A DNA stretch of 63,621 nucleotides, the filler included, from Collodictyon triciliatum (Eukaryota): assembly GCA_043381765.1 (NCBI GenBank). It is 9 parts of 9 records of this genome, joined end to end, with 100 filler letters (N's around TTAATTAATTAA, not from the genome) between each part and the next. Parts side by side here need not be neighbours in the genome. Positions count along the whole stretch, not along the records: positions 1 to 8,271 come from JBHJMP010003498.1; positions 8,372 to 16,646 come from JBHJMP010003499.1; 7 more parts are not named here. One strand, 5' to 3'. Below, piece after piece: positions 1 to 12,632 of this stretch; position 1 is the first letter of the stretch, and each line of letters begins with the position of its first letter. Under the pieces are notes generated by a model, which was given only the letters and a program-made list of their open reading frames with translations, made no database searches and was not told where the DNA came from. Made by a program: the position numbers and the translations under genes.

Positions 1-370
1 GTGGATAGCGCGCATATACTCACGCAAAGCAAGACTCAACAACCAGCCACCCATTCCTGATAATAGGCTGGATGACATCATACAAATCTCTTTCCTCAAC
101 AGCTTCCTTCGCTACCTGCACGTTCTCTATAACTCAGAACATGTGAGAAGAGACGTGTGGAAAGAGGCTGAGAAGGATATTAAACCTCGCCTTGTCTATC
201 TCATGCAAGCACAAGACCCAGGCTACAGGCCAAACCGCAGGATGCATTCCTGATTACCGACTACTTCTCCGCCATCCGGCCACCAATTAGCGTCCATGCA
301 AATGATGGCTAGCGACTCAAAGCCAACATCTTCACCATCCTGCACAAAGTTGTAAGGAAGAATAAAAAAA
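1..370 (+). mobile_element. 3' part of a putative non-LTR retroelement (ORF end, 3' UTR and A-rich tail), cut by the window start
   Basis: Frame 2..253 is open (WIARIYSRKARLNNQ...VWKEAEKD...MHS*). The region ends in CCTGCACAAAGTTGTAAGGAAGAATAAAAAAA, the same terminus found between target-site duplications at 936-964 and 29187-29232. Confidence 0.55.
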
Positions 371-920
371 TGTCAATGAATGGCCCAGTAAGATGAATTT
401 ATTAGTCGGTCATAATGGATTCGGCTTCGACATGTAGGAACAAATAAATAAACGAATGCGATGGATTCTTTTAACGATGCATTTAAACAGAGCTTTGCAA
501 CAAGTGATGAGATGAGGTTACTCAGGAGATGGGTTGTAGCAGGTCAGCACAGTTCAAATCCATATATTTATCACGGGCAAAAGGCATTCAATCAAATAAA
601 AAATATAAGAAATTATATTATAACATCTCATACAAATTGAATATTCTTTTCTTTTAGAATAGTACTAGAGACTTTCACATGCTGCGTTTGCAGGTTACGC
701 ATTCATTTTCTGATTTAAATCAGTTGCATCACTTCGTTTTTGCCGGGACTTTGGCATTGGATTGTATCCGGATGAGGGCTTTGGTAGATGCAGATATTTA
801 GGATTGTAAGTAGCTCGACCCACAATAGATGTATTTAGGTGAGCAGTGAATTTAGTTTCTATACCAAACTGACTTGCACCCGCATCCAAAACGCTTAGTG
901 CTTCCAACCAAGGCGCAACA

Positions 921-979
921 ATTACGACTGACTGCTGCACAAAATTGAAAGGAAGAATAAAAAAACTACGACTGGCTGC
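921..979 (+). mobile_element. 5'-truncated retroelement 3'-end copy with a degenerate 15-bp target-site duplication
   Basis: TGCACAAAATTGAAAGGAAGAATAAAAAA (936-964) is flanked by ATTACGACTGACTGC (921-935) and ACTACGACTGGCTGC (965-979), which are 13/15 identical. Confidence 0.7.
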
Positions 980-3900
980 AGAAAAATAAAAAACTTTTTT
1001 CTTAACTAAATATAAAGGAAAAGAAATATCAATAAGCCACATTGACCTTAACGATAGTCAAGAATGAATGACTTATATCAAAGATTTACAACAATTATCT
1101 GCTAGATTTTTTCTTTTTTTTACAGAATATTCAATAAGATGATATATAACTTTTAAAGATAAAAATGTAAAATATTAACCATAAACCTTTGCCTTGTGTC
1201 CAAGTTTTGTAAGACGCCAAAATGGGTCGGAGAGGATTATATGTAGGTAGTGCGCGTCACTTAAGCCCGCGTCAAATATCAGCATTTTCAAAAAAAACAT
1301 AACATTTACATAAAAGAATGGTGTATTTATCTTTAGAGATGTGTTCGATCAACAAGCAATCGATAAGTCAGAGAGAAACACGGGATGAAGTTAACGAGCT
1401 ATTAAACTAGATTTTGGGTTTCGACATCAATATGTGCCTGCAGCGCTTTCAGGAGCAACAATGAGCAGTGAAATGTATCAAAGTGCTTTTGTTTGACTAG
1501 TTTTTTTAAATCGCGGGCTGTATCCCTTTCCACGAGATATTTGACTGGACAATGTCGATACGTGGGCCATGTGATGCGCACAAATGTTCCTTTCTCCTCA
1601 ACAGGTCTGAAGCGGTATTCTGGTGCTATCGTTTTTAATTATATGAATATCAATGTGGCAGGATTAATAATCTTTCTGTTGGCACACATTTTATTATGCA
1701 AAGTTTCAATATTTCCCTCTGTTGAAAGGGCGTTTACGAATAAAAATGATAAATCCGCTAAGAGCTAAGTTTGTTTGAAGCGATAGAATAGTTTTCATTA
1801 TAAGCTCTTAATTTATATTCCTGGCTATATTTACTTTCAAGACAATGACAAACCCGCATATTTAGATAACCTAGATATTAGCCCCATTTTTTCCACTTTT
1901 GCCCCGTTCGTCACTTTTTCCATTGATTTTTGCTTTTTCTTCCAAACTCCGACTAGTCGTAAAAGAAAACAAAATTTACTTATGTCTTTGTACTTCACAC
2001 AGGACATCACTTTTTATTTTTTTTAAAATCGGTTCCGAGCCTTTAAAAATCAAGCACACATTAAACACACCTTCAGCTTTTGCGCCAGCATGACTCTATC
2101 AACACCATCACACTGCCTCTGAAGTATCAATGCCTAGCACAACCCAACAAAGCTATTAAATCCCCTACGCGTGGAACTTCATTCTTTTTTACCACGTAAC
2201 AAAATTAAAGACAAAAAAGTCACCGATCAACATAAGGCCAAGCAAACAGAAAAATCACATGCGAAAATAAAGCTTTTTTTTCTTTAAAAAAGTTTTAACT
2301 AATTAAGTCTTTAAACTTCGTCAGAAACTCAAAAGAGTTGATCGAGAGTGGAGATCTTTGTCAAACACTGGCAAATAACAGAAAAATGAAAGAAACAAAA
2401 ACGGTCCAAGAATGAGTCCTTTCAACAAAACTTTATATGATTGGCTCTGGTCTTGCCTTGTATAATCCCTGGGTTATGTTGTTACCAACCAACTTAAGCC
2501 CAAGACTACACAGAAAGCTCATTTATATATCCAAATAACAGTATATTCAACTATTCCTCATTCCTGCGGAAGTTGTTAGGCCCTGTATTATTACAACTTT
2601 CTGCGAGCCAAGGAGAGCTGGGATCTTCCAGATTTCTGAGCCTTTCTTTGCGAAGCATTGTTGGCCGCGCATCTACTATCTGAAATAACCTAGTTATATT
2701 TTTTATCGAAGCTTTGGCTGATTTTTCATTTTGCCGTTGTGAAGAGATTTAAGTGAATTATACTCCAATCTCATGCAGTTTGTTATGCTTTCTAGGATCT
2801 TCGTGAAGATTGATTTTCTAGTTACTCAGCTACCCGCATCACACTCACTTCGATCAATATCCACCAGACGTAGACTTTAAGAACATCTCTTAGATATTGG
2901 ATTTGCTTTCGGGTTCATTGTTGATCTGTTTGATCTTCTCTGCTCACCTCGACCTTTTTCATGGGGTTTGCATAACGGTGAAAAGAGTAACTGTTTCTCT
3001 TCCTTATATTATAATTTCACTCCTACTTGCATTTTGTTTTATTTTTCCAAACAATTTTTTTCCTTTATTCGATTCAAGTGAAGGAAGGTTTTATTATTTT
3101 TTTCTAAATTCCGACAGAATTTTTTTGCGCCTTGATTGGAAGTACTGACGCGTTTCAGATTCGGGTGCAGGCCAGCAGCGTACGGAATCTGGATTTGAGG
3201 CTCATCAATATGCACCCGAGAGGGTCGAGAACAGTTCCAACTCTAAATAACTGCAACTACCAGGAGCCCTGACCTGGATTCCATTCGAGGCCGAATTTCC
3301 CCTGGAGGCGAATACTATAAAAGCTTTATTATCTGTAGAATTTTGGTGTGTAATTTAAATTCCGTTTTAATTCACTTTGAATCAGATATAAGAAAAATTC
3401 GGTTAAATCAAATTTAACAGATACACTTTGCATCAAATGTGATTTAAAAAACCAACTAACGCACATATGAACGATTATATAATCCAAATCGAAAAACATA
3501 CATACCACATTCTCGCTAAAAACTAGTTTGCTTATGAATGATAACTTGCCTCTCTCATTGACTGACCGGATATATTTTGTCTACAGCTTTACGTCCATAT
3601 CCCTCGCCTATCGAGACCTTGTTCATTTCTCCAAGTAAAAATGATTTGTTGGTTTAACGCTCAAAAAATGAATTTACTTTATATTAAATCGTTGTTGAAT
3701 CATCTAAATTAGTTCAATTTTTACCTTAATAATTTACTTTTCGATTTATCAAATCCAACAAACCCACTCCTCCCCACTTCCAATTCCAAATTAATCAAAG
3801 GTTATCAAAAGGACTATACCTGATATGTATTTTGCGTAGCCTGAATGGCCAAGGTTTTGGTGGATGGTTCGCGCTCTTTTTATTTTTTGAAAACATCACA

Positions 3901-4330
3901 CAAATATATTAATAAATACTTTTTTAATATATCCAAAAATTTTCGTACATTTCATTAGATTTGAAGAATTATTTATGTATTTTATTCACCGCATGCATTT
4001 GCATACACTCAGTATGAATTCTATCATTGTTTCATACTGATGATTCTATCATGTTATTAATCTTTGATATGGTATATTTCATTACTGTTTCGTCGAAATA
4101 TGGCCGAGTGCAATTACTAAATATGTTACAAATTAATTTCTATACTATTAATCAATTTTCAACTAAATTTTCAATTTTCAACCAGTAATATCCATTATAT
4201 CTGTATTGATACACATGTAAAACACTTAAATGACTAAATTTTGAATAATTCATGAAATGATTGTGCTTGTAAATAAATTAATATTCAAATTTTACTGCCT
4301 TTTTATTCATTAATAACTATTTTATATCAC

Positions 4331-4388
4331 AATTTTGGTATCATTTTGGTATCATTTTGGTATCATTTTAGTATCATTTCAGTATGAA
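4331..4388 (+). repeat. 11-bp tandem repeat (TTTTGGTATCA), about 5 copies, degenerating
   Basis: Seen directly in the sequence. Confidence 0.85.
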
Positions 4389-7109
4389 AGATTAATTATA
4401 TCCAGATTTCCAAACAAAATTTTATTTCACGCAGTTTAGAAATTCACAATAGAATATAATTTTTATAAAACAAAAATCAAGATAAATAGTCAAAATAATA
4501 AATACTATTTTATCATTAAGATTTGGTCTTTATTAGTATAGCTGGTTTTAGTTCAATGAAAATTTTTTAATAAGGTTACTGTGACAAATACTTCGTTTAA
4601 AGAGAGGTTGATTGTAAACCACTTTTTTGGAGTATCACTGAGGAGAATTTGATAATAATTTTTGTTAATCAGATTAATAAATACATAATAAAACTGAAAT
4701 GGTTTGAGAGTCATTAAACCTATTAGAAATGATATCAAATACTCACACAACATCTTCTACTATATCAATCAGTCTTCAATAAAATTCTACATAATGTTAG
4801 GATTTTTAATTCATCGCCTGGGCCCTATTCTGTTTATAGATGATTGTACTTGATTAGTTAGCATACATATGAAAGAATCAATAATACAGTAGACTGAAAG
4901 AAAATTTCCTAAATTATATTAAATCATAATTTTTAATTCGAAATAGAATTTATCTAAATATATGTTCTAAAGAAAGTATAAACACTTTTTTCTATGATTA
5001 TCATTAGGTGAATTCAAGGAAATAAGATTTCTTCTTTCATTTAATCGAGTATAAGTTACTTACAATACCGTTTTGACAAATCTGATTGTTTGAAATATTA
5101 TTTTGGAATGTTTTATTAAAAATAAAAAGACTAGAATTAGTAAAATTTAATCATTTAAGTATGCGCATTATTATAGGCAAAAATCTATTTTTTTATTATT
5201 TTTCAGCAGGGATTTATTGAAATATTTATAGGTTGTGAATCTGTGAAGTTCTATTTACAGTGATGATCAATTAATGCACTAATTTTTCAAAGGATACCAA
5301 TCATTTTATGGATATATTATGATACCTATTTGAAGATTAATTATTAACGATATTTATTTGATAAAAATCCATTACCCTATATATTTATTTAATTTATTCA
5401 AATATATTCTATTTTAATTATATATACTTATCTCAATAGACTTCTCATGATTAAGGATTTAATCAGTCGATAAGAAATCAAGAACCTACATGCCATTAAC
5501 CACTCAATGTTTATTAAAGAATTTATAATCAAAATTTATCTTTGGATTGATGAAAAATATATTTAATTAATTTTTGATATATTTTGTAATTTATTGATCA
5601 ATTAATATTAAAAAAAATGAATTTTATGTGAATTAAGAGTCACTGCGTGGAATATCTGATTAAAAACAAAATTAGGAATTATTTATTTATTTTATCTTTT
5701 CCTATATACGAAACACATGACCAAAATGAAAGTAAGTAATCCGCATGTATTTTCATGATAAGATATTTCATTCTTAATTTGGATGTACACTCAATTTATA
5801 GGTACGTACAGATAGTCAGTTTTTATAAATATTGAATACTTTCAAAATATTGTAAATCAATTGAATAAAAATTTATCGTCTGTTTTTTTAAATTTATTCA
5901 TTGGTCTGATAACATTTTGATTTTAAAATGGATATATTTGATTGTGGAAGTGATTTTTTGAAATCATCGGCTATTGCAAAATCTATAGCATATTTTTTTG
6001 GTCGTTACGTACATGAAACAATATTTTGGTCTCGGCCTGAATTTTTCGATATTTTTCCAATTGAAAAGTTTATCTGAATTCGTAATTTAATTTGAATCTA
6101 AATCAATATTTATATATAGAACATGGCTGGTGATAACAGAGGATCTTTGCCGAAGAATTAATTTACGAGTCGAAGCATTGAAATTTTCAATACAAGATAA
6201 TTCAAAAATATTCATAAGTGAAATTGATATAATAATCAGTATTTTTGCTTTAATAATTTTCTTATCATCCTTTATATTTTTATGGTGGTTTTTTTATTAA
6301 TTATCTTATGTTATATTCTCTATTTTTCTTTATCCCAGTATTAAAATAAGTAAAATATTTGATTTTCCTGATAATCAAAATTGTAAATACTGTGTGATAG
6401 TTTAAAATGATTCTTTCTGGTATTTTATTATACGAATTAATTTCAATCCATTACTATTGTTGGTAGCTAATTTCATTTTTTTTGCCCTTATAATAATTAA
6501 CTTTAATAAATGAGATATCTATCATGTATAAAGATATTATTAAATTCCAAAAGAAAGTTTCTACACAAATTTGATGCAATCTCCTTTAATTACCCAAAAA
6601 TAAAAAAATAAAAATTAGATGTACTAAATGATAATTACATATTTAATAATCTTTTTATTTATAACTTTTTGGATAAAAATTACTCAAAAATTAGAACTTA
6701 ATATGATTATCTTATAAGTTCAATAAATTTTACGTACAAAAATCAAAGCAATCATCGAATACTATTTTCATTTTGAGAATTATTTTTATAATTAATTTTA
6801 CAATTAAGAGATGAGTGTTTTCTATAATATTAGCAAAGCAGCAAATGAATGAATAGAATACATAAAATTTTCGAATAAACAGACATGAGAGGCCATTTAA
6901 ATCAAAATTAAGTAAATCAGTAAATATCATATAATTTTTCCCCTGAATTTATAGATATCTGACGATATCAGCACAAGGAAATGCCAAAAAGCTTTTTACA
7001 CCTGCAAATTCTGATAGGTTTTCATCAATTAAGTTGTATTATTTAATTAATTCTATAATAACAATATTTATGAATAGGGTTCATCACCTTCGGAAATATT
7101 ATCTCCAGT

Positions 7110-8271
7110 ATGGCACAAGTATCTTCGATTTACACAGTTGCAACTGGTCACACTGGACAAATTTGGAGCGTTGCTGTTACTCTTGATGGCTCAAAAATTA
7201 TTTCTGGATGTCGAGATACTACAATCAAAATCTGGAATCTTTCTGATGGAGCTTTGATTCGCACAATTACCGGTGCTGGTGATGTTCTCAGTGTTATTTT
7301 CACACCTGATAATTCGAAAATTGTTTCTGGAACTTGGGAAACCATTAATCATGTTAGAATTTGGAATCTTTCTGATGGGGCTTTGATTCGCACATTGACT
7401 GGTCATACTGGTGGGGTTTACAGTGTTTCTGTTACTCCTGATGGCTCAAGAATTGTTTCTGGAGGCCAAGATGATACAATCAAAATTTGGAACCTATTAT
7501 ATGGAGTCTTGATTCGCACATTGACTGGTCATGCTGGTGATGTTTTCAGTGTTATTTTCACACCTGATAATTCGAAAATTGTTTCTGGAAGCAGTGATGA
7601 TACAATCAAAATTTGGAACCTATTAGATGGAGTCTTGATTCGCACATTGACTGGTCATACTAGTGATATTCGCAGTGTTGCTGTTACTCCTAATGGTTTT
7701 AATGTCATTTCTGGAAGTGTTGATGCAACAATTAAAATTTGGAATCTTTCTGATGGGGCTTTGATTCGCACATTGACTGGCCATACTAATTATATTGTCA
7801 GTGTTGCCGTTACTCCTGATGGCTCAAAAATTGTATCTGGAAGTGGTGATATAAAAATCAAAATTTGGAACCTATCTGATGGAACTTTGATTCGCACATT
7901 GACTGGTCATATCGGTGAGGTTTGGAGTGTTGCTGTATCTCCTGATGGCTCAAAAATTGTTTCTGGAAGTTATGACAGAACAATTAGACTCTGGAGTTTT
8001 CATGACGGAAGTCCAATTTACTCAAAAGGTTCCAGAGTTACAAGTATAGCCTCGTCTCAAATGAAATCTATCACCATTTCAGGCCATTCAGACTACATCA
8101 TTAGGATTTGGAATCTGTCAAATGGAAATTTAATCAGGTCATTGATTGGACATACAGATGTCGTTAACGCACTGACTTTAACAGCAGATAGCTCCAAGAT
8201 AATTTCTGGAAGTTCAGATAAAACAGTCAAAGTATGGAATATTGATGACGGTTCTTTGATTCAATCATTTG
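7110..8271 (+). CDS. WD40-repeat protein with at least 9 highly similar repeats; 3'-truncated at the linker, true 5' end uncertain
   Basis: Uninterrupted ORF with repeated 42-aa units LIRTLTGHxxxVxSVAVTPDGSKIVSGSxDxTIKIWN, near-identical at DNA level with a ~126-bp period. Confidence 0.92.
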
Positions 8272-8371
8272 NNNNNNNNNNNNNNNNNNNNNNNNNNNNN
8301 NNNNNNNNNNNNNNNTTAATTAATTAANNNNNNNNNNNNNNNNNNNNNNNNNNNNNNNNNNNNNNNNNNNN
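8272..8371. other. Artificial contig linker (N44-TTAATTAATTAA-N44)
   Basis: Six-frame stop spacer between N runs. Confidence 0.98.
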
Positions 8372-8620
8372 TTCTCTTTTTTCTCTTTTTTTCTCTTTTT
8401 TTCTCGTCTTTTTTCTCTTCTTTTTTCTCGTCTTTTTTCTCGTCTTTTTTCTCGTCTTTTTTCTCGTCTTTTTTCTCGTCTTTTTTCTCGTCTTTTTTCT
8501 CGTCTTTTTTCTCGTCTTTTTTCTCATATTTTTTCTCGTCTTTTTTCTAGTCTTTTTTCTAGTCTTTTTTCTAGTCTTTTTTCTAGTCTTTTTTCTAGTC
8601 TTTTTTCTAGTCTTTTTTCT
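8372..8620 (+). repeat. Contig-end tandem repeat (TTTTTTCTCGTC / TTTTTTCTAGTC)n
   Basis: Seen directly in the sequence. Confidence 0.95.
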
Positions 8621-8944
8621 CTCTTTTTCCTTTTCTTTCTCCTTTTCTCATGTATCTCCCAGCGCCATCCTCTATGTGTCATCCATCACACTTCAAACCT
8701 GCTTATTTCAACGGTTGGAGTATGGTGTCCAGACAATTCATGTGTATATATTTGTATTTGCCCTCATTTATACCGTTTATCTCTGGCCATAATTCTATTA
8801 CCTTTGTTAATTTCTCTCAAATCCTTTCAATCGCACTGAAGGAGAATGACCTTGGCTGGTGATCTGCACACTATCGGCATCGGTTTGCATGTCGGAAAAG
8901 AAAATGATAATTACATATTTCTATCGAATCCTTACCGGTTTCAG

Positions 8945-11900
8945 ATTTGGCTATCAAATTACAGCATTCGATTCCCAAGCTTGATGAAGCAGATTCCCAA
9001 AGTTGACCGTTCCTTGGCTACTATCGTAGAAGACGCTGAAAAGGTGAGATTCTTTTAGTATCTTGGAGGCCTTATTTCAAATAGATCATGAATATGGCAG
9101 GTCTCAGTGCTTATTGCTGCGACATTCTGTTACCATATGCAATCAGACTGATCATTTTAACTACTCCAATAATCAGATGGAAAATCGCATGTTGCACATG
9201 GGAAGAAGGAAAGACCAGACCGATCCCACAGCGCAGGAAATGGTAAAAGGCGAATCAACATTTATGATAATTGATATATTCAATATCGTCTAAGTTAATC
9301 TTGCAATTCCTTTATCACACAAAAAGAACTAAATGTCCAAAACATCATCACTATTTAAATCTACCCAACACGAACATGACTAGGCTTGCTTGATAAATAC
9401 TTTTGACCTTATGATGGCCATTTGGAACACCGTGTGTATCTTTATATTAAAAGAAAAACCTACATAAGCTTGACCTAGCATGAAAGTTTCATTCTGTAGA
9501 AAATCAATCTTGTTTAGTCTTTTAATGAGCATGGCTGGCTTTATTCTCTTCATTTATTGCCGTCTGGTATGTCTTCTGATCAGCACGTCACATATACACA
9601 CTAGCTGCCATACGAAGCCCTGAATGAGACCGAGCCTCAATATTGGTACAAACTATGGGACCCGATCAACAAAGACTCTTATTCAACGAAAGACATGACT
9701 AAACTTCTTGCCGAAATAGAAAAACATCTTATTCCTACAGTTTTGAAGTAAGCTTGTATTCTTGAAAGAATTGAGCATGTTTGATAAAAACATAATGATG
9801 TTGATTTTATCATGGACCATTGACGATTGATCATTACCAAGTATTCCCAAAATGTTGACTGTGTCCAGTCACTTAAACTACATTTCACTAGAAAATCATG
9901 GGAAGGGACATCATTGCAGGATAGATGGAGAAGAAGTAGCAAGGTAGTGAAGTCTGAGGGAAAGCTCCTGGCCTTGACCATAATGCTATACTACGATGCT
10001 ATTTGTTGGGAGTCTGTGGAAGATTTGAAACCTCAGAAATCAAAACAGTCTGGAGATAAATCAAAGAAGAAATCAATTCAAGCAACTCTGGTGCAAGCAG
10101 CCAATACCGAGAAGGATAAGCTTATTTCCTCATCTCTGTCAAAGAGAAAACAACCTCAAAATCCAAGTGGGTTTGAGCCTACGAGAAAAAGAAAGTCACA
10201 TGGAGATCAACCTAAAGCTGTGGCTGTATGCGATGAATCTCCCCAACAGTCATATCCAACAAAGCCTGACTTCCAACAAGATATCAAGGAAGAGAAATGC
10301 ACCATCGTTTCTCCTCATCCAACAGTTGACTGTATCGACGGTGAGCTATTGAACGAAAGTGGTGAGCAGACAATCGTGAAAAGTGATCCCGTTTTTTCCC
10401 CGTCACTCGCAGATTTTGAAAGAGGGCCAACAGAAGCCACTGAACCATGTAAAATTATGCCGCCTGGGTATAGAAATCCAACGAAGCAATCATTAAAATC
10501 GATTACAAAGCAAATGCGCGCCCAATATTCATCAAAGCGAGTACATGAGCTTTATCTTCAACCATGGACGTGGGATGATTTGATACAATTTGAACCAGAT
10601 GATTGTGTTGATGTCTTCGCGTTCTCCAGTCGAGACTGTCGTCATGGCGTGTGGCCCAAGTACGACCTGTACCAGAGTTACGTAAGTTAATCATGCGTTC
10701 CCAAGTCCTTGACAATACAAGCTCACACAACTGACTCGAACTATTCTACAACCAACCCCTTCGCTCTCGCAGATCAGAATTGGTGGAGATGTCTTTTACT
10801 TCGGCTTTTACAAAGAGCCGCAGTTGGCTGCAATCGTCCACGATGCAGTTTGCTTCATAATGAACTTCACTGCAGATAAACTCAACTTTTATCCTGTTAT
10901 CATTCCCTTTGTGCTCCCCTCCTCCAGCAAGGGCTTTATATCGAAGTTGATCAACCTTACTAAATCACATGCCAAAACAGGAAAAGTAAATTTCATCGTA
11001 TTTAGCTTGGATAGCTTCTAAGGGAAACACCCAAGAACATGTTTTATCTGCATAATCATTTGTTTACCAGGCGTCTCATTTACTCTTCTTGCAATACTGG
11101 TTTTCTTACGCCCGTTTATTATATTAGGACGAAGTCTTACCTGACTCCTCGGTCAAAAGCATTCTCTCATTTTTTGATGAGACCGAGCCTACAAAAGATA
11201 GCACACTCACATATGAAACGATGAACAGCTGCATGCCTGTTAATCATATTCATCACCCCGATAATCAAACCCTCGTAAGCAATTGACTCATTTTCTATTG
11301 AAAATTGGAAGCTTGTCCTAATATATCTTTCAATTCAATTTTCAATCCATAGCAAATCCGAAATAAGGGCGCCGACCCATCGCTCGAATCAACTAAATAT
11401 CAGGATGGAAAACAGGAAGCATCCTTGGGGGGTCCAGAACGAACTCCATTAGTTGATATATTTAGTGATAAACCTGTCATGAAACAGTCAGACGCTCCTC
11501 ACAAACTATCGAGCATCGCCCAGGAAAACATACCAAAATTGCAAGAGTCATGCAGCATTGTACAATATATGAAAGACGATGATTTTTTTACGTCCTTGTT
11601 ACACAGCAGTGGAAATAACTTCACCCATCCAGTCTCCCCAAGTTCTCAGGATTATTCCTTTGATGGAGTCTTTGAGTGGAGGGTCCCCCCTAAGGCGGAG
11701 TGTCCTTACTATGCAAAAGCATCAAGTTCAACTACAAAATCAGTCTTTCTCGGGTCTTACCCAAACGCAGAAACTGCTGCCCTTGTTTACGACGCGGCTC
11801 TTTACATCGCAAATGTTCAAAACAGGTGTCCAAACTTCCCTCTGAAGCTTCCATTTGTCCTTCCTTCGTCCTCAAGAGAATTTATACAGAGATTTATTGA

Positions 11901-11946
11901 ATCCAATCCATCAGCATGTGGAATCGTGAGTCAGGAAAAAAAGTAA
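8945..11946 (+). CDS. Multi-exon protein with two AP2/ERF-like DNA-binding domains and a possible WHIM3/WSD-like motif; start uncertain
   Basis: Splicing intron 10682-10772 gives RHGVWPKYDLYQSYIRIGGDVFYFGFYKEPQLAAIVHDAVCFIMNFTADKLNFYP. The second copy is DGVFEWRV...VFLGSYPNAETAALVYDAALYIANVQNRCPNFP. Both fit AP2 (GV...LG.F...E.AA.AYD.AA...LNFP) and both are followed by PFVLPSSS. Confidence 0.75.
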
Positions 11947-12632
11947 TCAGTTGACTGGTTCTTTTTTTTTAAAAAAAAGAAAAGAAAAGAAAAGATCGAG
12001 AAAGAGAAGGAACGTAGGTGTATCCATTACCCACCGATAGATACCACCACGAGTCGGGCATTCTTTTCTTTTTTACACTCCAAAAAAAAAAAATTAATGT
12101 GAATCGAGGATAGAATACCGATTTCATCTCGTATACATATATGCTTTCATAGTCTGATATTAAATTATTCTAAATACTAAGAATAATTTAATATCATAGT
12201 CCCTTCTCCTCGCTTTTCTTACTTGTTTTAGAATAAATATGAGTAACAAAGTATTAACTATTTGCACTTGTAATATCGTCTCGCCCGATGGAAAGATCCC
12301 ACGAGTAATAAGAGAGGTAAGTAAAGAGTATAATACTTGTCCCGCCTTCATGAACAAGCCAGTATATGTCTGATATCAGGGTCAGTATTTCTATTGATTT
12401 GCTTCGATAATGTGGCAATCTAAGCTGAGTCCAATATCTCTTATGACGATCGTAGCTTGCTTATTTCAAACGTCTAAATCGGAGCTTGACACTTTCAACT
12501 GGTCGGTCTGACCTGAATGGCATCGCGTTTTGTGCTATGAAGCATCAGTTTTGAACTCGTGCGAGGTGCATCATGAGTTTCATTTATTCATTCGCTTGAA
12601 AATAATCGCATCCAAGCGACCACCGAAGCTAG

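Noticed and set aside
8316..8327. Recurrent TTAATTAATTAA as a biological motif or CRISPR repeat
   Set aside because: It is always centred in N44 runs and is a synthetic six-frame stop linker.
9624..11189. 14-bp direct match ATGAGACCGAGCCT near 9624 and 11176
   Set aside because: No element structure lies between the copies, which are separated by intact coding exons. Probably chance.
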